Made by a program: the position numbers and the translations under genes. DNA of 63,946 bases, counting the filler, from Vicugna vicugna (lineage: Eukaryota): assembly GCA_013265495.1 (NCBI GenBank). It is 74 parts of 73 records of this genome, joined end to end, with 100 filler letters (N's around TTAATTAATTAA, not from the genome) between each part and the next. Parts side by side here need not be neighbours in the genome. Positions count along the whole stretch, not along the records: positions 23,609 to 25,039 come from MU058314.1; positions 25,140 to 25,628 come from MU058316.1; positions 25,729 to 26,599 come from PNXW01004072.1; positions 26,700 to 27,736 come from MU058317.1; positions 27,837 to 28,825 come from MU058318.1; positions 28,926 to 29,452 come from MU058320.1; positions 29,553 to 29,948 come from MU058321.1; positions 30,049 to 30,755 come from PNXW01004089.1; 66 more parts are not named here. The stretch is one strand, 5' to 3'. Within the stretch, counting starts at the first letter, position 1. Every line of letters starts with the position of its first letter. The notes beneath the pieces are model-generated. The model was not told where the DNA came from. It ran no database searches and saw only the letters and a program-made list of their open reading frames with translations. Positions 23,609-36,572 of the stretch are shown here, one piece after another.

Positions 23609-25039
23609 CCCACGCGCTGACGACCGTTGGTGGAACCTCCCCACGCTCAGGGACCCGGGAGCATTCTCAGTCCGTGGGGGAGCCCGAGAGACAACACCAC
23701 GCATCTCTCTTCAGTCACAGGTGGGTTCCCTTTTCGGGGAAGTCCGAGCAATAACTTCCCTTACCTTGCGGAGGCAGCCTCTGTCACTGGGATTACCTGC
23801 AAACCCCCTAGCATTCCCTGGCAGAGAGACATTAGGAAAACTCTCAGGGGATGCGAGCTTAGGCATTCCNNNNNNNNNNNNNNNNNNNNNNNNNNNNNNN
23901 NNNNNNNNNNNNNNNNNNNNNNNNNNNNNNNNNNNNNNNNNNNNNNNNNNNNNNNNNNNNNNNNNNNNNNNNNNNNNNNNNNNNNNNNNNNNNNNNNNNN
24001 NNNNNNNNNNNNNNNNNNNNNNNNNNNNNNNNNNNNNNNNNNNNNNNNNNNNNNNNNNNNNNNNNNNNNNNNNNNNNNNNNNNNNNNNNNNNNNNNNNNN
24101 NNNNNNNNNNNNNNNNNNNNNNNNNNNNNNNNNNNNNNNNNNNNNNNNNNNNNNNNNNNNNNNNNNNNNNNNNNNNNNNNNNNNNNNNNNNNNNNNNNNN
24201 NNNNNNNNNNNNNNNNNNNNNNNNNNNNNNNNNNNNNNNNNNNNNNNNNNNNNNNNNNNNNNNNNNNNNNNNNNNNNNNNNNNNNNNNNNNNNNNNNNNN
24301 NNNNNNNNNNNNNNNNNNNNNNNNNNNNNNNNNNNNNNNNNNNNNNNNNNNNNNNNNNNNNNNNNNNNNNNNNNNNNNNNNNNNNNNNNNNNNNNNNNNN
24401 NNNNNNNNNNNNNNNNNNNNNNNNNNNNNNNNNNNNNNNNNNNNNNNNNNNNNNNNNNNNNNNNNNNNNNNNNNNNNNNNNNNNNNNNNNNNNNNNNNNN
24501 NNNNNNNNNNNNNNNNNNNNNNNNNNNNNNNNNNNNNNNNNNNNNNNNNNNNNNNNNNNNNNNNNNNNNNNNNNNNNNNNNNNNNNNNNNNNNNNNNNNN
24601 NNNNNNNNNNNNNNNNNNNNNNNNNNNNNNNNNNNNNNNNNNNNNNNNNNNNNNNNNNNNNNNNNNNNNNNNNNNNNNNNNNNNNNNNNNNNNNNNNNNN
24701 NNNNNNNNNNNNNNNNNNNNNNNNNNNNNNNNNNNNNNNNNNNNNNNNNNNNNNNNNNNNNNNNNNNNNNNNNNNNNNNNNNNNNNNNNNNNNNNNNNNN
24801 NNNNNNNNNNNNNNNNNNNNNNNNNNNNNNNNNNNNNNNNNNNNNNNNNNNNNNNNNNNNNTTGGGGAGGCAGCCTCTGTCACTGGGATTGCCTGCAAAC
24901 CCCCTAGCATTCCCTGGCAGAGAGACATTAGGAAAATCCTCATAGGAGGTGAGCTTAGGCATTCCATTAGAACCCACGCGCTGCCCACCGTTGCTGGAAC
25001 CTCCACACGCTCAGGATTCCGGAAGCATTCTCAGTGCGT
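23609..25039 (+). repeat. Satellite A, gapped
   Basis: A landmarks on both sides of a ~1-kb gap. Confidence 0.95.
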
Positions 25040-26339
25040 NNNNNNNNNNNNNNNNNNNNNNNNNNNNNNNNNNNNNNNNNNNNTTAATTAATTAANNNNN
25101 NNNNNNNNNNNNNNNNNNNNNNNNNNNNNNNNNNNNNNNTTTTGTAAAGATGTATGTTCTCATTAAATAATTCAAAACTTACTAGAAAATCCCATGAAAA
25201 ATCGAATCTGATTTTTTTTAACTTGAACAAAATATTTTGGAATTCTTCAGGAATAATAAAATCATAATACTAGACAAGAAAATTTGGGATGGAAGAAAAG
25301 AATGAAAAAAAATNNNNNNNNNNNNNNNNNNNNNNNNNNNNNNNNNNNNNNNNNNNNNNNNNNNNNNNNNNNNNNNNNNNNNNNNNNNNNNNNNNNNNNN
25401 NNNNNNNNNNNNNNNNNNNNNNNNNNNNNNNNNNNNNNNNNNNNNNNNNNNNNGGGATTTCAAAATGAAAAGTATGACTTCAATAATTGTCCTGAGACAA
25501 TCAGAGAATCACCTGGAAAGAATAAATTCTATTCCTCTCATAAGGACCACAAGATACATTACAGACCGTGATGTAAATATTACAAAGTACTAATAACAGC
25601 AAATACAACACTTTGCTCTTATTAAGTCNNNNNNNNNNNNNNNNNNNNNNNNNNNNNNNNNNNNNNNNNNNNTTAATTAATTAANNNNNNNNNNNNNNNN
25701 NNNNNNNNNNNNNNNNNNNNNNNNNNNNGGCAGGGCCAGCCAGGAAGAAATCTGAAGGGAGGGTCCTGGCCACGTGTGTGTCTATGGAAGATGCAGAGTC
25801 TGCAGGGTCTGGGAGGGTAGACTCCTCAGAAGTTGGAGTTGGAGTGGGGAGTTGGGAGAAGGTAGTCACTCTCACCTGTGAGGGAGGTGGGAGTCCTTGG
25901 GAGTCCAGACTCGCTTTCTTATGAACAGAAGGCAATCATACAGAGTTTCTGAGGTGAGAAGGGATGGGCGCTGGGAGCGGAGCCAACCTGGGGAATGGTG
26001 CTTGGAAATTTCTGGAATAGTCTCCCTGAAAAATAGAGTTAAAAATACCCAGACTCTTAAGAACATTGATAGTGACTGGGGTGGAGGCAGTTGTTTCTCT
26101 GGCCTCCTAAGGGTAAGGCATGTATTTGGGGATACACAGAAGATACGGACAGTCTGTTCCGGGGGCTTGATCCTTACTGGGGGAACAGTGCAAGTTTAAA
26201 GGGGGAGAAGGGCAGCGGAGGGAAACTAGCCAGGCCCCCTCTCAGGTACCAGTCGGCCGCCCTACTTGCGTGTTGCATTCACATCCATGCCTCCCAGGTG
26301 GGCGGTGGCAGCCCCCTTTTGCGGATTGGGAAGCCTTCT

Positions 26340-26450
26340 AAGAAGGATTAAGGAATTGGTCCGTTTAGTGGCTAGTAAATGCTGTAGCAGAATTCAAGCA
26401 GGGCCTTGTCAGACTTCAAGGGCATGTTTTCTCTCCTAATTCCGATACCT
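26340..26450 (-). mobile_element. MIR fragment
   Basis: GGATTAAGGAATTGGTCC...GCTAGTAAATG...AGAATTCAAGC.GGG...CAGACTTCAAGG resembles the MIR core. Confidence 0.5.
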
Positions 26451-26699
26451 CCCTGTAGTGCCTGGAGTGGTGAAGTGGGTCAGTTTTGGAGCCTTTTAGA
26501 AAAAGTGCGGATTAGGTGCCTCAGGACTGTTTCACAAAGCTCAGTGTTATGAAGCACCGCAGTGCTTTTCGCCCCACAGAGTTAAGGTCTTACTCCTTTN
26601 NNNNNNNNNNNNNNNNNNNNNNNNNNNNNNNNNNNNNNNNNNNTTAATTAATTAANNNNNNNNNNNNNNNNNNNNNNNNNNNNNNNNNNNNNNNNNNNN

Positions 26700-27736
26700 G
26701 AGCATGTGGATTACTGACCTTTCATCCACCAAACAAAGCGTATAAGTCTTAGAATTATTTACTCTGACTTCATAGGTTTTTTCTATCACCAGGTTCTAAA
26801 ATCGGACATTTGGCACCAGAAAACACTCTTTGAGCGAATTCTCACCAATACACATGTAATTTACATTGTTTACATAACCATGGAATTCNNNNNNNNNNNN
26901 NNNNNNNNNNNNNNNNNNNNNNNNNNNNNNNNNNNNNNNNNNNNNNNNNNNNNNNNNNNNNNNNNNNNNNNNNNNNNNNNNNNNNNNNNNNNNNNNNNNN
27001 NNNNNNNNNNNNNNNNNNNNNNNNNNNNNNNNNNNNNNNNNNNNNNNNNNNNNNNNNNNNNNNNNNNNNNNNNNNNNNNNNNNNNNNNNNNNNNNNNNNN
27101 NNNNNNNNNNNNNNNNNNNNNNNNNNNNNNNNNNNNNNNNNNNNNNNNNNNNNNNNNNNNNNNNNNNNNNNNNNNNNNNNNNNNNNNNNNNNNNNNNNNN
27201 NNNNNNNNNNNNNNNNNNNNNNNNNNNNNNNNNNNNNNNNNNNNNNNNNNNNNNNNNNNNNNNNNNNNNNNNNNNNNNNNNNNNNNNNNNNNNNNNNNNN
27301 NNNNNNNNNNNNNNTTCGATTTTGTGCTTTTTTTACAGAGTTATTCTTCTGGAGCGATTTCAAACTAATAGATATGTAATTTACATGAATTCCATCAACA
27401 TGGCCTTCCGGGTTCCGTACATGCTTCATGAATGACGGATTCGGCAAACATGCGTTTCTGAGTTGTGAGCATGTGTATTACAGACCTTTCATCCACCAAA
27501 CAAGGCGTATATACACTTAGAAATATTTAATCTTTCTTCATAGGTTTTTTGTATCACAAGGTTCCAAAATCGGATATTTGGCACCAGAAAACACTCTTTG
27601 AGTGAATTCTCACCAATACATATGTAATTCACATTGTTTACATATTCATTGTATTCGGTATTTCGAACAAATTTCATACATCATGGATTCTACAAACATG
27701 CATTTCTGAGTGGTGAACATGCGCATGACAGATGTT
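26700..27736 (-). repeat. Satellite C, gapped
   Basis: AAATCGGACATTTGGCACCAGAAAACACTCTTTGAGCGAATTCTCACCAATA recurs. Confidence 0.95.
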
Positions 27737-27836
27737 NNNNNNNNNNNNNNNNNNNNNNNNNNNNNNNNNNNNNNNNNNNNTTAATTAATTAANNNNNNNN
27801 NNNNNNNNNNNNNNNNNNNNNNNNNNNNNNNNNNNN

Positions 27837-28825
27837 ATGTGTGTGTGAAAACCGTCCTTCACCAAGCTTGAAGGGAACACATAGTTTCTTTTCAATAGCC
27901 AACTCCATTCCATACATTTATATGGGGAGGTACAAGCTCCAACTCGGTTTTACAGTGAAAACGGCAGGCACTTCAAACCGGCACGAGGAAACAGACTGAG
28001 AAACCAGAGTCAGTGTTTCTCCTGCAAACCGTTCCTTTGTGCTGGATGAACGAACGTCTCTCCACATGCTCAGTTCTGAGAGATAAGTGTGAGTGAAAGC
28101 CGTCCTTCACCTAGCTTGAAGGGAACACAAAGTTTCTTTTCAGTTGCAATCTCCACTCCATACAAATATATTAGGAGGTACAACCTCCAACTCCGTTTTA
28201 CAGTGAATTCGGCAGGCACTTCAAACAGCACTAGGAAACAGACTGAGAAACCAGAGTCAGTGTTTCTCCTGCAAACCGTTCCTTTGTGCTGGATGAACGA
28301 ACGTCTCTCCACATGCTCAGTACTGAGAGATAAGTGTGTGTGAAAACCGTCCTTAACCTGGCTTGAAGGNNNNNNNNNNNNNNNNNNNNNNNNNNNNNNN
28401 NNNNNNNNNNNNNNNNNNNNNNNNNNNNNNNNNNNNNNNNNNNNNNNNNNNNNNNNNNNNNNNNNNNNNNNNNNNNNNNNNNNNNNNNNNNNNNNNNNNN
28501 NNNNNNNNNNNNNNNNNNNNNNNNNNNNNNNNNNNNNNNNNNNNNNNNNNNNNNNNNNNNNCTCCACATGCTCAGTTCTGAGAGATAAGTGTGTGTGAAA
28601 GCCGTCCTTCACCTAGCTTGAAGGGAACACAAAGTTTCTTTTCAGTTGCCAACTCCACTCCATACATATATATGGGGAGGTACAATCTCCAACTCGGTTT
28701 TACAGTGAAAACGGCAGGCACTTCAAACCGGCACTAGGAAATAGACTGAAAAACCCGAGTAAGGGTTTCTCCTGTAACCCTTCCTCTTGTGCTGGATGAA
28801 CGAACGTCTCTCCACATGCTCAGTT
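27837..28825 (-). repeat. Satellite D (247-248-bp monomer)
   Basis: ACGTCTCTCCACATGCTCAG at 28054 and 28301 (247); CTCCACATG at 28562 and 28810 (248). Confidence 0.96.
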
Positions 28826-28925
28826 NNNNNNNNNNNNNNNNNNNNNNNNNNNNNNNNNNNNNNNNNNNNTTAATTAATTAANNNNNNNNNNNNNNNNNNN
28901 NNNNNNNNNNNNNNNNNNNNNNNNN

Positions 28926-29452
28926 ACGAGTGCCCACCGATTTACTGAGGAAGTACTTAGAGGATTTCACTCTAATGTGGAACACCTGTACCGCCATTCA
29001 TCTGTGTGGACTGGGTATCCACAACTCCCCCACACACAAGGCTGGGATCCGGAATCCTGAGTGTGTGGAAGATCCTCCAACTGACAGCAGCGCCTGCGTT
29101 CTAATAGAATAACTCAGCTTGACTTCCCTAAGTTTTTTCCTAGACCTAGTAGTGAGCGATAGTGGGGAATGGGCTCTAAAGCCAAGAATAAGCGAGTGCA
29201 TCTCTGTGGGCAGTGGAGGATTTGAAACTTCTTCCCNNNNNNNNNNNNNNNNNNNNNNNNNNNNNNNNNNNNNCTCCTGCACAGGAGACGTGCTCAGGTA
29301 TCCTGATTGTGGGGAGGCTCCTCCAAATGACAGCAGCGCCTGGGTTCTAATAGAATCCCTTAGCTTGTATTCTTTGTGTGTGTCCTTATGCCGGGCTGAG
29401 AGGGAATTCTGGGAGTTTGGTTTGGAGGCCAAGTAGCAGCAACTGCCCCCCG
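28926..29452 (-). repeat. Satellite B
   Basis: 28926-29236 nearly identical to 7325-7636; 29274-29452 resembles 5341-5525. Confidence 0.94.
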
Positions 29453-29552
29453 NNNNNNNNNNNNNNNNNNNNNNNNNNNNNNNNNNNNNNNNNNNNTTAA
29501 TTAATTAANNNNNNNNNNNNNNNNNNNNNNNNNNNNNNNNNNNNNNNNNNNN

Positions 29553-29948
29553 TGGAAGCTCAGCTTGCTTTTTCCAGAAACCCTCCATTGGAGTCCATAT
29601 CTGTGCAGCACCCAGGGCCTGTCAGCCAGCAGATCACTCCTACTCCCAACACTGGTTCTGGAGCAGCTCTCTTTACTGTGGGCTGTCTTGTCACTGCCCT
29701 GACTGATACCTCAGTCACATGTTTCAGACTGAACAAGCAGTAGTGTGCATCAACCCTCTCCCAACCACATGGTCAGGGGCTGCGTTACAGCCCAAAATTT
29801 GGCAGGCCATCAGCCCCCTCACCCATCTCCTTCCTTGGCAAAGCAAGTTCTCTGAGGAAATAGGACAGAAAGATCTTATATGTCTCAGGCTGTAGACAAG
29901 TCCCCATCTGGGTTTAAGGCTGCTAAGTCCTTAGGAGTGAATTGAATG
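29553..29948 (-). mobile_element. Diverged copy of the putative L1 5'UTR seen at 51419-52122
   Basis: TGGAAGCTCAGCTTGCT.TTTCCA...ATCTGTGC.GC.CCCAG..CCTGT...AGCAGATC...CTCCCAACACTGG aligns with the reverse complement of ~51600-52010. Confidence 0.7.
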
Positions 29949-30048
29949 NNNNNNNNNNNNNNNNNNNNNNNNNNNNNNNNNNNNNNNNNNNNTTAATTAA
30001 TTAANNNNNNNNNNNNNNNNNNNNNNNNNNNNNNNNNNNNNNNNNNNN

Positions 30049-30755
30049 CCAGGTAGACAGGCACACAAACACTCTAGGCTGCACTCTCAGATACACAGGC
30101 GCACAAAGACACTGTAAGATGCACTCCCAGGTAGATAAGCAGAGAGAGGGGCACACACAGACACTGTAGGCAGCACTCCCAGGTAGACAGGCACAAAAAC
30201 ACACTCTAGGCTGCACTCCCATTTAGACAGGCAGGGTGAGAGTCACACAGAGACACTCCAGGCTGCTCTCCCAGGTAGACAGGCACACAGACACACTCTA
30301 CGAAGCACTCCCAGGGAGACAAGCACACACAGACACTGTAGGCTGCAATCTAAGGTAGACAGGCAGGGAGATAGGCACACAGAGACACTCTAGGCTGCTC
30401 TCCCAGGTACAAGGCACACAGAGACACCCTAGGCAGCACTCCCAGGAAGACAAGCAGGGAGAGAGGCACACAGAGACAATCTACGCAGCACTCCCAGGTA
30501 GGGAACCACACAGAGACAATGTAGGCTGCACTCCCAGGTATACAGAAAGGGAGAGACGCACACCGAGACACTCTAGGCTGCCCTCCCACATAGACAGGCA
30601 CACAGAGACACTCTAGGCTGCACTCCCAGGAGATGGGGACACACAGACACTCTAGGCTACTCTCCCAGGTAGACAGGCACACAAAGACACAAAGACACTC
30701 TAGGCTACAGTCTCAGGTAAACAGGCACACAGAGACACTGTAGGATGCACTCCCA
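30049..30755 (+). repeat. Minisatellite F, ~40-bp unit with ~51-bp long variant
   Basis: Unit CCAGGTAGACAGGCACACAGAGACACTCTAGGCTGCACTC repeated about 16 times; starts at 30049, 30087, 30127, 30179, 30219. Confidence 0.93.
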
Positions 30756-30855
30756 NNNNNNNNNNNNNNNNNNNNNNNNNNNNNNNNNNNNNNNNNNNNT
30801 TAATTAATTAANNNNNNNNNNNNNNNNNNNNNNNNNNNNNNNNNNNNNNNNNNNN

Positions 30856-31855
30856 AGGTTCCACCAACGGTCGGCAGCGCGTGGGTTCTTACGGAATGCA
30901 GAAGCTCGTCTCCCCTAAGATTTTTCCTACAGTCTCTGTGCCAGGGAATGCTAGGGGTGATTGCAGGATATCCCAGTGTCAGAGGCTGCCTCCCCAAGGT
31001 CAGGGAAGGTATCTCACGGACTTCCCCGAACAGGGANNNNNNNNNNNNNNNNNNNNNNNNNNNNNNNNNNNNNNNNNNNNNNNNNNNNNNNNNNNNNNNN
31101 NNNNNNNNNNNNNNNNNNNNNNNNNNNNNNNNNNNNNNNNNNNNNNNNNNNNNNNNNNNNNNNNNNNNNNNNNNNNNNNNNNNNNNNNNNNNNNNNNNNN
31201 NNNNNNNNNNNNNNNNNNNNNNNNNNNNNNNNNNNNNNNNNNNNNNNNNNNNNNNNNNNNNNNNNNNNNNNNNNNNNNNNNNNNNNNNNNNNNNNNNNNN
31301 NNNNNNNNNNNNNNNNNNNNNNNNNNNNNNNNNNNNNNNNNNNNNNNNNNNNNNNNNNNNNNNNNNNNNNNNNNNNNNNNNNNNNNNNNNNNNNNNNNNN
31401 NNNNNNNNNNNNNNNNNNNNNNNNNNNNNNNNNNNNNNNNNNNNNNNNNNNNNNNNNNNNNNNNNNNTAGGGGTGATTGCAGGATATCCCAGTGTCAGAG
31501 ACTGCCTCCCCAAGGTCAGGGAAGCTATTTCTCGGAATTCCCATAACAGGGAACACCTGTGACTGAAGGGAACTGCGTGGAGTTGCCTCTCGACGTCCCC
31601 CAATCACTGACCATGGCTGCGGAATCCTGAGCGTGGGGAGGTGCCAACAAGGGTCGTCAGCGCGTGGGTTCTAACGGAATGCCTAAGCTCGTCTCCCCTG
31701 AGGATTTTCCTAATGTCCCTGTGTCAGTGAATCCTAGGGGTGTTTGCAGGAAGTCCCAGGGTCAGAGGCTGCATCCCCAAAGTAAGGGAAGTTATTTCTC
31801 GGACATCCCGGAACAGGGAACTCCTGTGACTGAAGAGAGCTACATGGAGTTGTCT
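30856..31855 (-). repeat. Satellite A, reverse orientation
   Basis: Reverse complement of A landmarks. Confidence 0.95.
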
Positions 31856-32947
31856 NNNNNNNNNNNNNNNNNNNNNNNNNNNNNNNNNNNNNNNNNNNNT
31901 TAATTAATTAANNNNNNNNNNNNNNNNNNNNNNNNNNNNNNNNNNNNNNNNNNNNTATTTTAATGTCAAAATTGAGGACAGTGTACCAGGCCTTCTAATG
32001 TTTTTAGCTAATTACACCAGTACCTGAATCCACTGACTTTAAGTGTCAGTTTTATAATATTTCTAAAATCTCTTAAATATCCACGTCTATTCTTGAAATG
32101 TATTCTCTTTCATTCATTCTCTCAGTGCATTATTTCTATACTGTTTCCATGACCATAGATTAATATCTCCTACAGTTGGTCCTATTTTATCCTTTTCCAG
32201 AATGTCCCTAATATTACAAATTCAAACATCCCTCCTCATTATTTTATTTGTATATTTGTGTATATTTCTGGAAGAAATTTAGGATCACCTTTCAGAATTT
32301 TTTCTTAAATCCATTCAGGATTATTAACTAAATTTGCATTCAGATACTNNNNNNNNNNNNNNNNNNNNNNNNNNNNNNNNNNNNNNNNNNNNNNNNNNNN
32401 NNNNNNNNNNNNNNNNNNNNNNNNNNNNNNNNNNNNNCTTTTTAAGTCATTTATCAGAATCATTTTAACATTTTTCATTAATTTATTTCTGAATAGTCTG
32501 TGCCTTTGTTGTCATTATAAATGATATCTTTTCTGGGTTTGAAGAGGGATGATTGCTAATGAAGTCTTAATTTCTAGTTTCTCTTGAATAAGAAAGGGAT
32601 CTGACAGTGTGGGGCCCTCTTTCCAATATGGTGACTGTGAGCAGTGCATTTCATTAAGGTGTCCACTTGCCAATTTGCCAGTGGCTGCACCCACTCCAAA
32701 TATTTCTGCTACTTACCTGCCCCCTGTAGGCAGATGTGTTCATGNNNNNNNNNNNNNNNNNNNNNNNNNNNNNNNNNNNNNNNNNNNNTTAATTAATTAA
32801 NNNNNNNNNNNNNNNNNNNNNNNNNNNNNNNNNNNNNNNNNNNNAGGGTATGAGCACATAGGGCCACTGCTGGTACCAAGGCTCCGGTTCCTCGGAGAGT
32901 TTAGCTGGAGAGAAGTCTGCTGTGGGTCCCTTCATGGTGTCCAAAAC

Positions 32948-33291
32948 TGTTGACTGAAATACATGTGCAGCCTAAAAGTTAAGAGTTATGTTTTATTTGG
33001 CGGGAGGATTCGAGCCGGGATGACAGCCTCTCAGATCTCTCTGANNNNNNNNNNNNNNNNNNGAAGAGGTTGGGGTGGAGCTAGTATATATAGGAGCTTT
33101 ACAACAAAGACCAGGTAGTTGGAACAATAAAAGATTGCTTGTTATCTAAAAAAAGCCAGGTATCTCAAGTTAAAGTATTTAGTGCTTTTCTATGTATCAA
33201 TTGGCCTCACTGAATTCATTCTTTAGATAAGCACCTAGCTATCTACGGCAATTATCCTGTCTTCTTATTCTCAGTCTGTTCAGAGGGCACC
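32948..33291 (-). mobile_element. ERV LTR, 3' half (antisense)
   Basis: On the minus strand: TATATA box, AATAAA, and a ...TTCAGTCAACA terminus at 32948; overlaps the family at 59102-59347. Confidence 0.8.
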
Positions 33292-33391
33292 NNNNNNNNN
33301 NNNNNNNNNNNNNNNNNNNNNNNNNNNNNNNNNNNTTAATTAATTAANNNNNNNNNNNNNNNNNNNNNNNNNNNNNNNNNNNNNNNNNNNN

Positions 33392-34070
33392 TGAATTCCA
33401 TGTTCTTCATTCTGGGTTCTGTATTCTGCATTCTATTTTCGATATTCTTTGTTCTACATTCTAGATTCTACATTCTATATTCTGTATTGTATATTCTAAT
33501 TTCTATATTCTGTGTTCTACATTTTATATTCTACATTCTATATTTTGTATTCTGTATTCTATGTTCTGTGTTCTACCTTNNNNNNNNNNNNNNNNNNNNN
33601 NNNNNNNNNNNNNNNNNNNNNNNNNNNNNNNNNNNNNNNNNNNNNNNNNNNNNNNNNNNNNNNNNNNNNNNNNNNNNNNNNNNNNNNNNNNNNNNNNNNN
33701 NNNNNNNNNNNNNNNNNNNNNNNNNNNNNNNNNNNNNNNNNNNNNNNNNNNNNNNNNNNNNNNNNNNNNNNNNNNNNNNNNNNNNNNNNNNNNNNNNNNN
33801 NNNNNNNNNNNNNNNNNNNNNNNNNNNNNNNNNNNNNNNNNNNNNNNNNNNNNNNNNNNNNNNNNNNNNNNNNNNNNNNNNNNNNNNNNNNNNNNNNNNN
33901 NNNNNNNNNNNNNNNNNNNNNNNNNNNNNNNNNNNNNNNNNNNNNNNNNNNNNNNNNNNNNNNNNNNNNNNNNNNNNNNNNNNNNNNNNNNNNNNNNNNN
34001 TCTGCATTCCCTAAATTTTGTTTTTTTTATCCTTTATTCTATATTCTGTGTTCTACATTCTGTATTCTAC
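33392..34070 (-). repeat. Satellite E, reverse, gapped
   Basis: ATATTCT-type heptamers. Confidence 0.93.
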
Positions 34071-36367
34071 NNNNNNNNNNNNNNNNNNNNNNNNNNNNNN
34101 NNNNNNNNNNNNNNTTAATTAATTAANNNNNNNNNNNNNNNNNNNNNNNNNNNNNNNNNNNNNNNNNNNNTGCACAGGAGGTTTTATACGGTTAATTGCA
34201 AGTATGCGGCTATTAACCAATATGGATTAAACAACAAAAAGCAAGGAATCAGTACACTGAAACTTATCAATTTGGAATAGATCAGGTTACTGTCAATTGT
34301 TGACCTTGGATTTAGGAGTTAGCTTATTAGCCCAGTAAACTGACACTAAAGATCAGGTTTACCATGTNNNNNNNNNNNNNNNNNNNNNNNNNNNNNNNNN
34401 NNNNNNNNNNNNNNNNNNNNNNNNNNNNNNNNNNNNNNNNNNNNNNNNNNNNNNNNNNNNNNNNNNNNNNNNNNNNNNNNNNNNNNNNNNNNNNNNNNNN
34501 NNNNNNNNNNNNNNNNNNNNNNNNNNNNNNNNNNNNNNNNNNNNNNNNNNNNNNNNNNNNNNNNNNNNNNNNNNNNNNNNNNNNNNNNNNNNNNNNNNNN
34601 NNNNNNNNNNNNNNNNNNNNNNNNNNNNNNNNNNNNNNNNNNNNNNNNNNNNNNNNNNNNNNNNNNNNNNNNNNNNNNNNNNNNTTTTCTATTTGCTTTA
34701 GCTGCCAAGAATCTTACAGCTGAATTTCTAGTCGGACTTTAACACTTGCCCTGACTTCATGGAATCCATTTTTATGACTTTATCTCCCCCTGGTTTCATT
34801 TAAATATTGAATCTGCATTTTCTCTTCACTCTCAGTTTTACCTTTTTGTTGTTATGGTTGTTAAGCTGTGTTTAAAATAATTGTTTAAATTCTCTTTTAA
34901 CAAGGGGCTAAATGTAAATCAATATGTAAACAAACAGCACACTTAAATGCTTTTATACATTCTAANNNNNNNNNNNNNNNNNNNNNNNNNNNNNNNNNNN
35001 NNNNNNNNNTTAATTAATTAANNNNNNNNNNNNNNNNNNNNNNNNNNNNNNNNNNNNNNNNNNNNGCAGGGCGCGAGTGGCCAGGTAGACAGGGCCTCAT
35101 TGATCGTACATATTCCCCCTTAAGAGGCAGCTGTCACGGGCACTTACCTAGTAAACAGATGTCGGCCATAATCATCACGCACTTTGCTCGGTAGTTTTAT
35201 TGGCCCCAGCATTCAGATGAGGTCATTGAAGCTGCGGAGTTTGCTGCATGCCCGTGATTACCTTGGAAATAACCCCACTGGTCTTTCAACCTAGACTGGT
35301 GTGGCTGTCATGNNNNNNNNNNNNNNNNNNNNNNNNNNNNNNNNNNNNNNNNNNNNNNNNNNNNNNNNNNNNNNNNNNNNNNNNNNNNNNNNNNNNNNNN
35401 NNNNNNNNNNNNNNNNNNNNNNNNNNNNNNNNNNNNNNNNNNNNNNNNNNNNNNNNNNNNNNNNNNNNNNNNNNNNNNNNNNNNNNNNNNNNNNNNNNNN
35501 NNNNNNNNNNNNNNNNNNNNNNNNNNNNNNNNNNNNNNNNNNNNNNNNNNNNNNNNNNNNNNNNNNNNNNNNNNNNNNNNNNNNNNNNNNNNNNNNNNNN
35601 NNNNNNTTCTCTGTCCCTGGTTAACTCTCTCTTCAAAGCCATTTAACTTTTTTGCAGGCTCCTCTGCTCAGATGTAAGAATAGCCTCTTTAAACTTCTTG
35701 ATGCAGCTCCTTAATGAATTTCTTGCAAAGGTAACCTAGCCAAAACCTGGGAGGTATGCACATAGTGACTGCAAACACAGCACTTTGTGAAGTTCAGAAT
35801 CAGAGGGGTGGGTGACTCAGAAAGTTTTTTTTAAGATAACAAGGGAAAGTGAAAGGACCCAGGCTGTGTGAGAAAGAAACATCTCGGTCACAGCCAGCAA
35901 GGCACCTGCGTTCAGGATGGAGTGTGGCGAGTGCAGAGTTCTCACAAATAAAGAAGTGGTGTGATGGGAGGGAGGATAGTTGGGTACTTTATTGGGAAGG
36001 AAAAAAGTGGACTGAACATTTCCTGGTTGAACAAGAGGATTGTGACATGATGTGCTTGTATTTTGGAGAGAAGGGTTTTGTGGGGACAGGCCTAGGAATA
36101 TGCTGTTTGGCTGGGGAGTCAGCACACCAGAGAAACACAGAGAACAGGGCAGACCCCAAAGCCCTTGCTGGGGGAGAGGCTGCCCGCCAATTGGAGACCT
36201 NNNNNNNNNNNNNNNNNNNNNNNNNNNNNNNNNNNNNNNNNNNNTTAATTAATTAANNNNNNNNNNNNNNNNNNNNNNNNNNNNNNNNNNNNNNNNNNNN
36301 CCACTGAGTTTGGCACTGATTGCCTGGAGAACGCTGAAACCCAGGGAAGTGGGCAGCACAGACATTT

Positions 36368-36572
36368 ACTCATTTAATCCTGCCAACACAGTAGGGGATA
36401 GAGTCTACATATTCCTCGCTATTTAAAAGGTAAGGAAAAAGAGGCACAAATAATAACAATGACAACAACAACAACAATAATTTGTCCAAGATTCACACAG
36501 AACCCCCTGGAAGGAGAGTGAGAATTTATACTCACGCAGGCTGGCCCTAGAGCCCCTGCTCATAACTACTAA
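36368..36572 (-). mobile_element. MIR
   Basis: CATTTAATCCT.CCAACA...TAAGGAAAAAGAGGCACA...TTGTCCAAGATTCACACAG...AGAGCCCCTGCTCATAACTACTA. Confidence 0.75.

Noticed and set aside
30350..30682. Cys-rich ORF resembling a keratin-associated or metallothionein-like protein
   Set aside because: It is a translation of minisatellite F, whose 40-bp unit is not a multiple of three.
31956..32560. Very old antisense L1 remnants here and at 25140-25628 and 40762-41924, and an LTR-like stretch at 34171-34367
   Set aside because: Too degenerate to define boundaries or family by eye.
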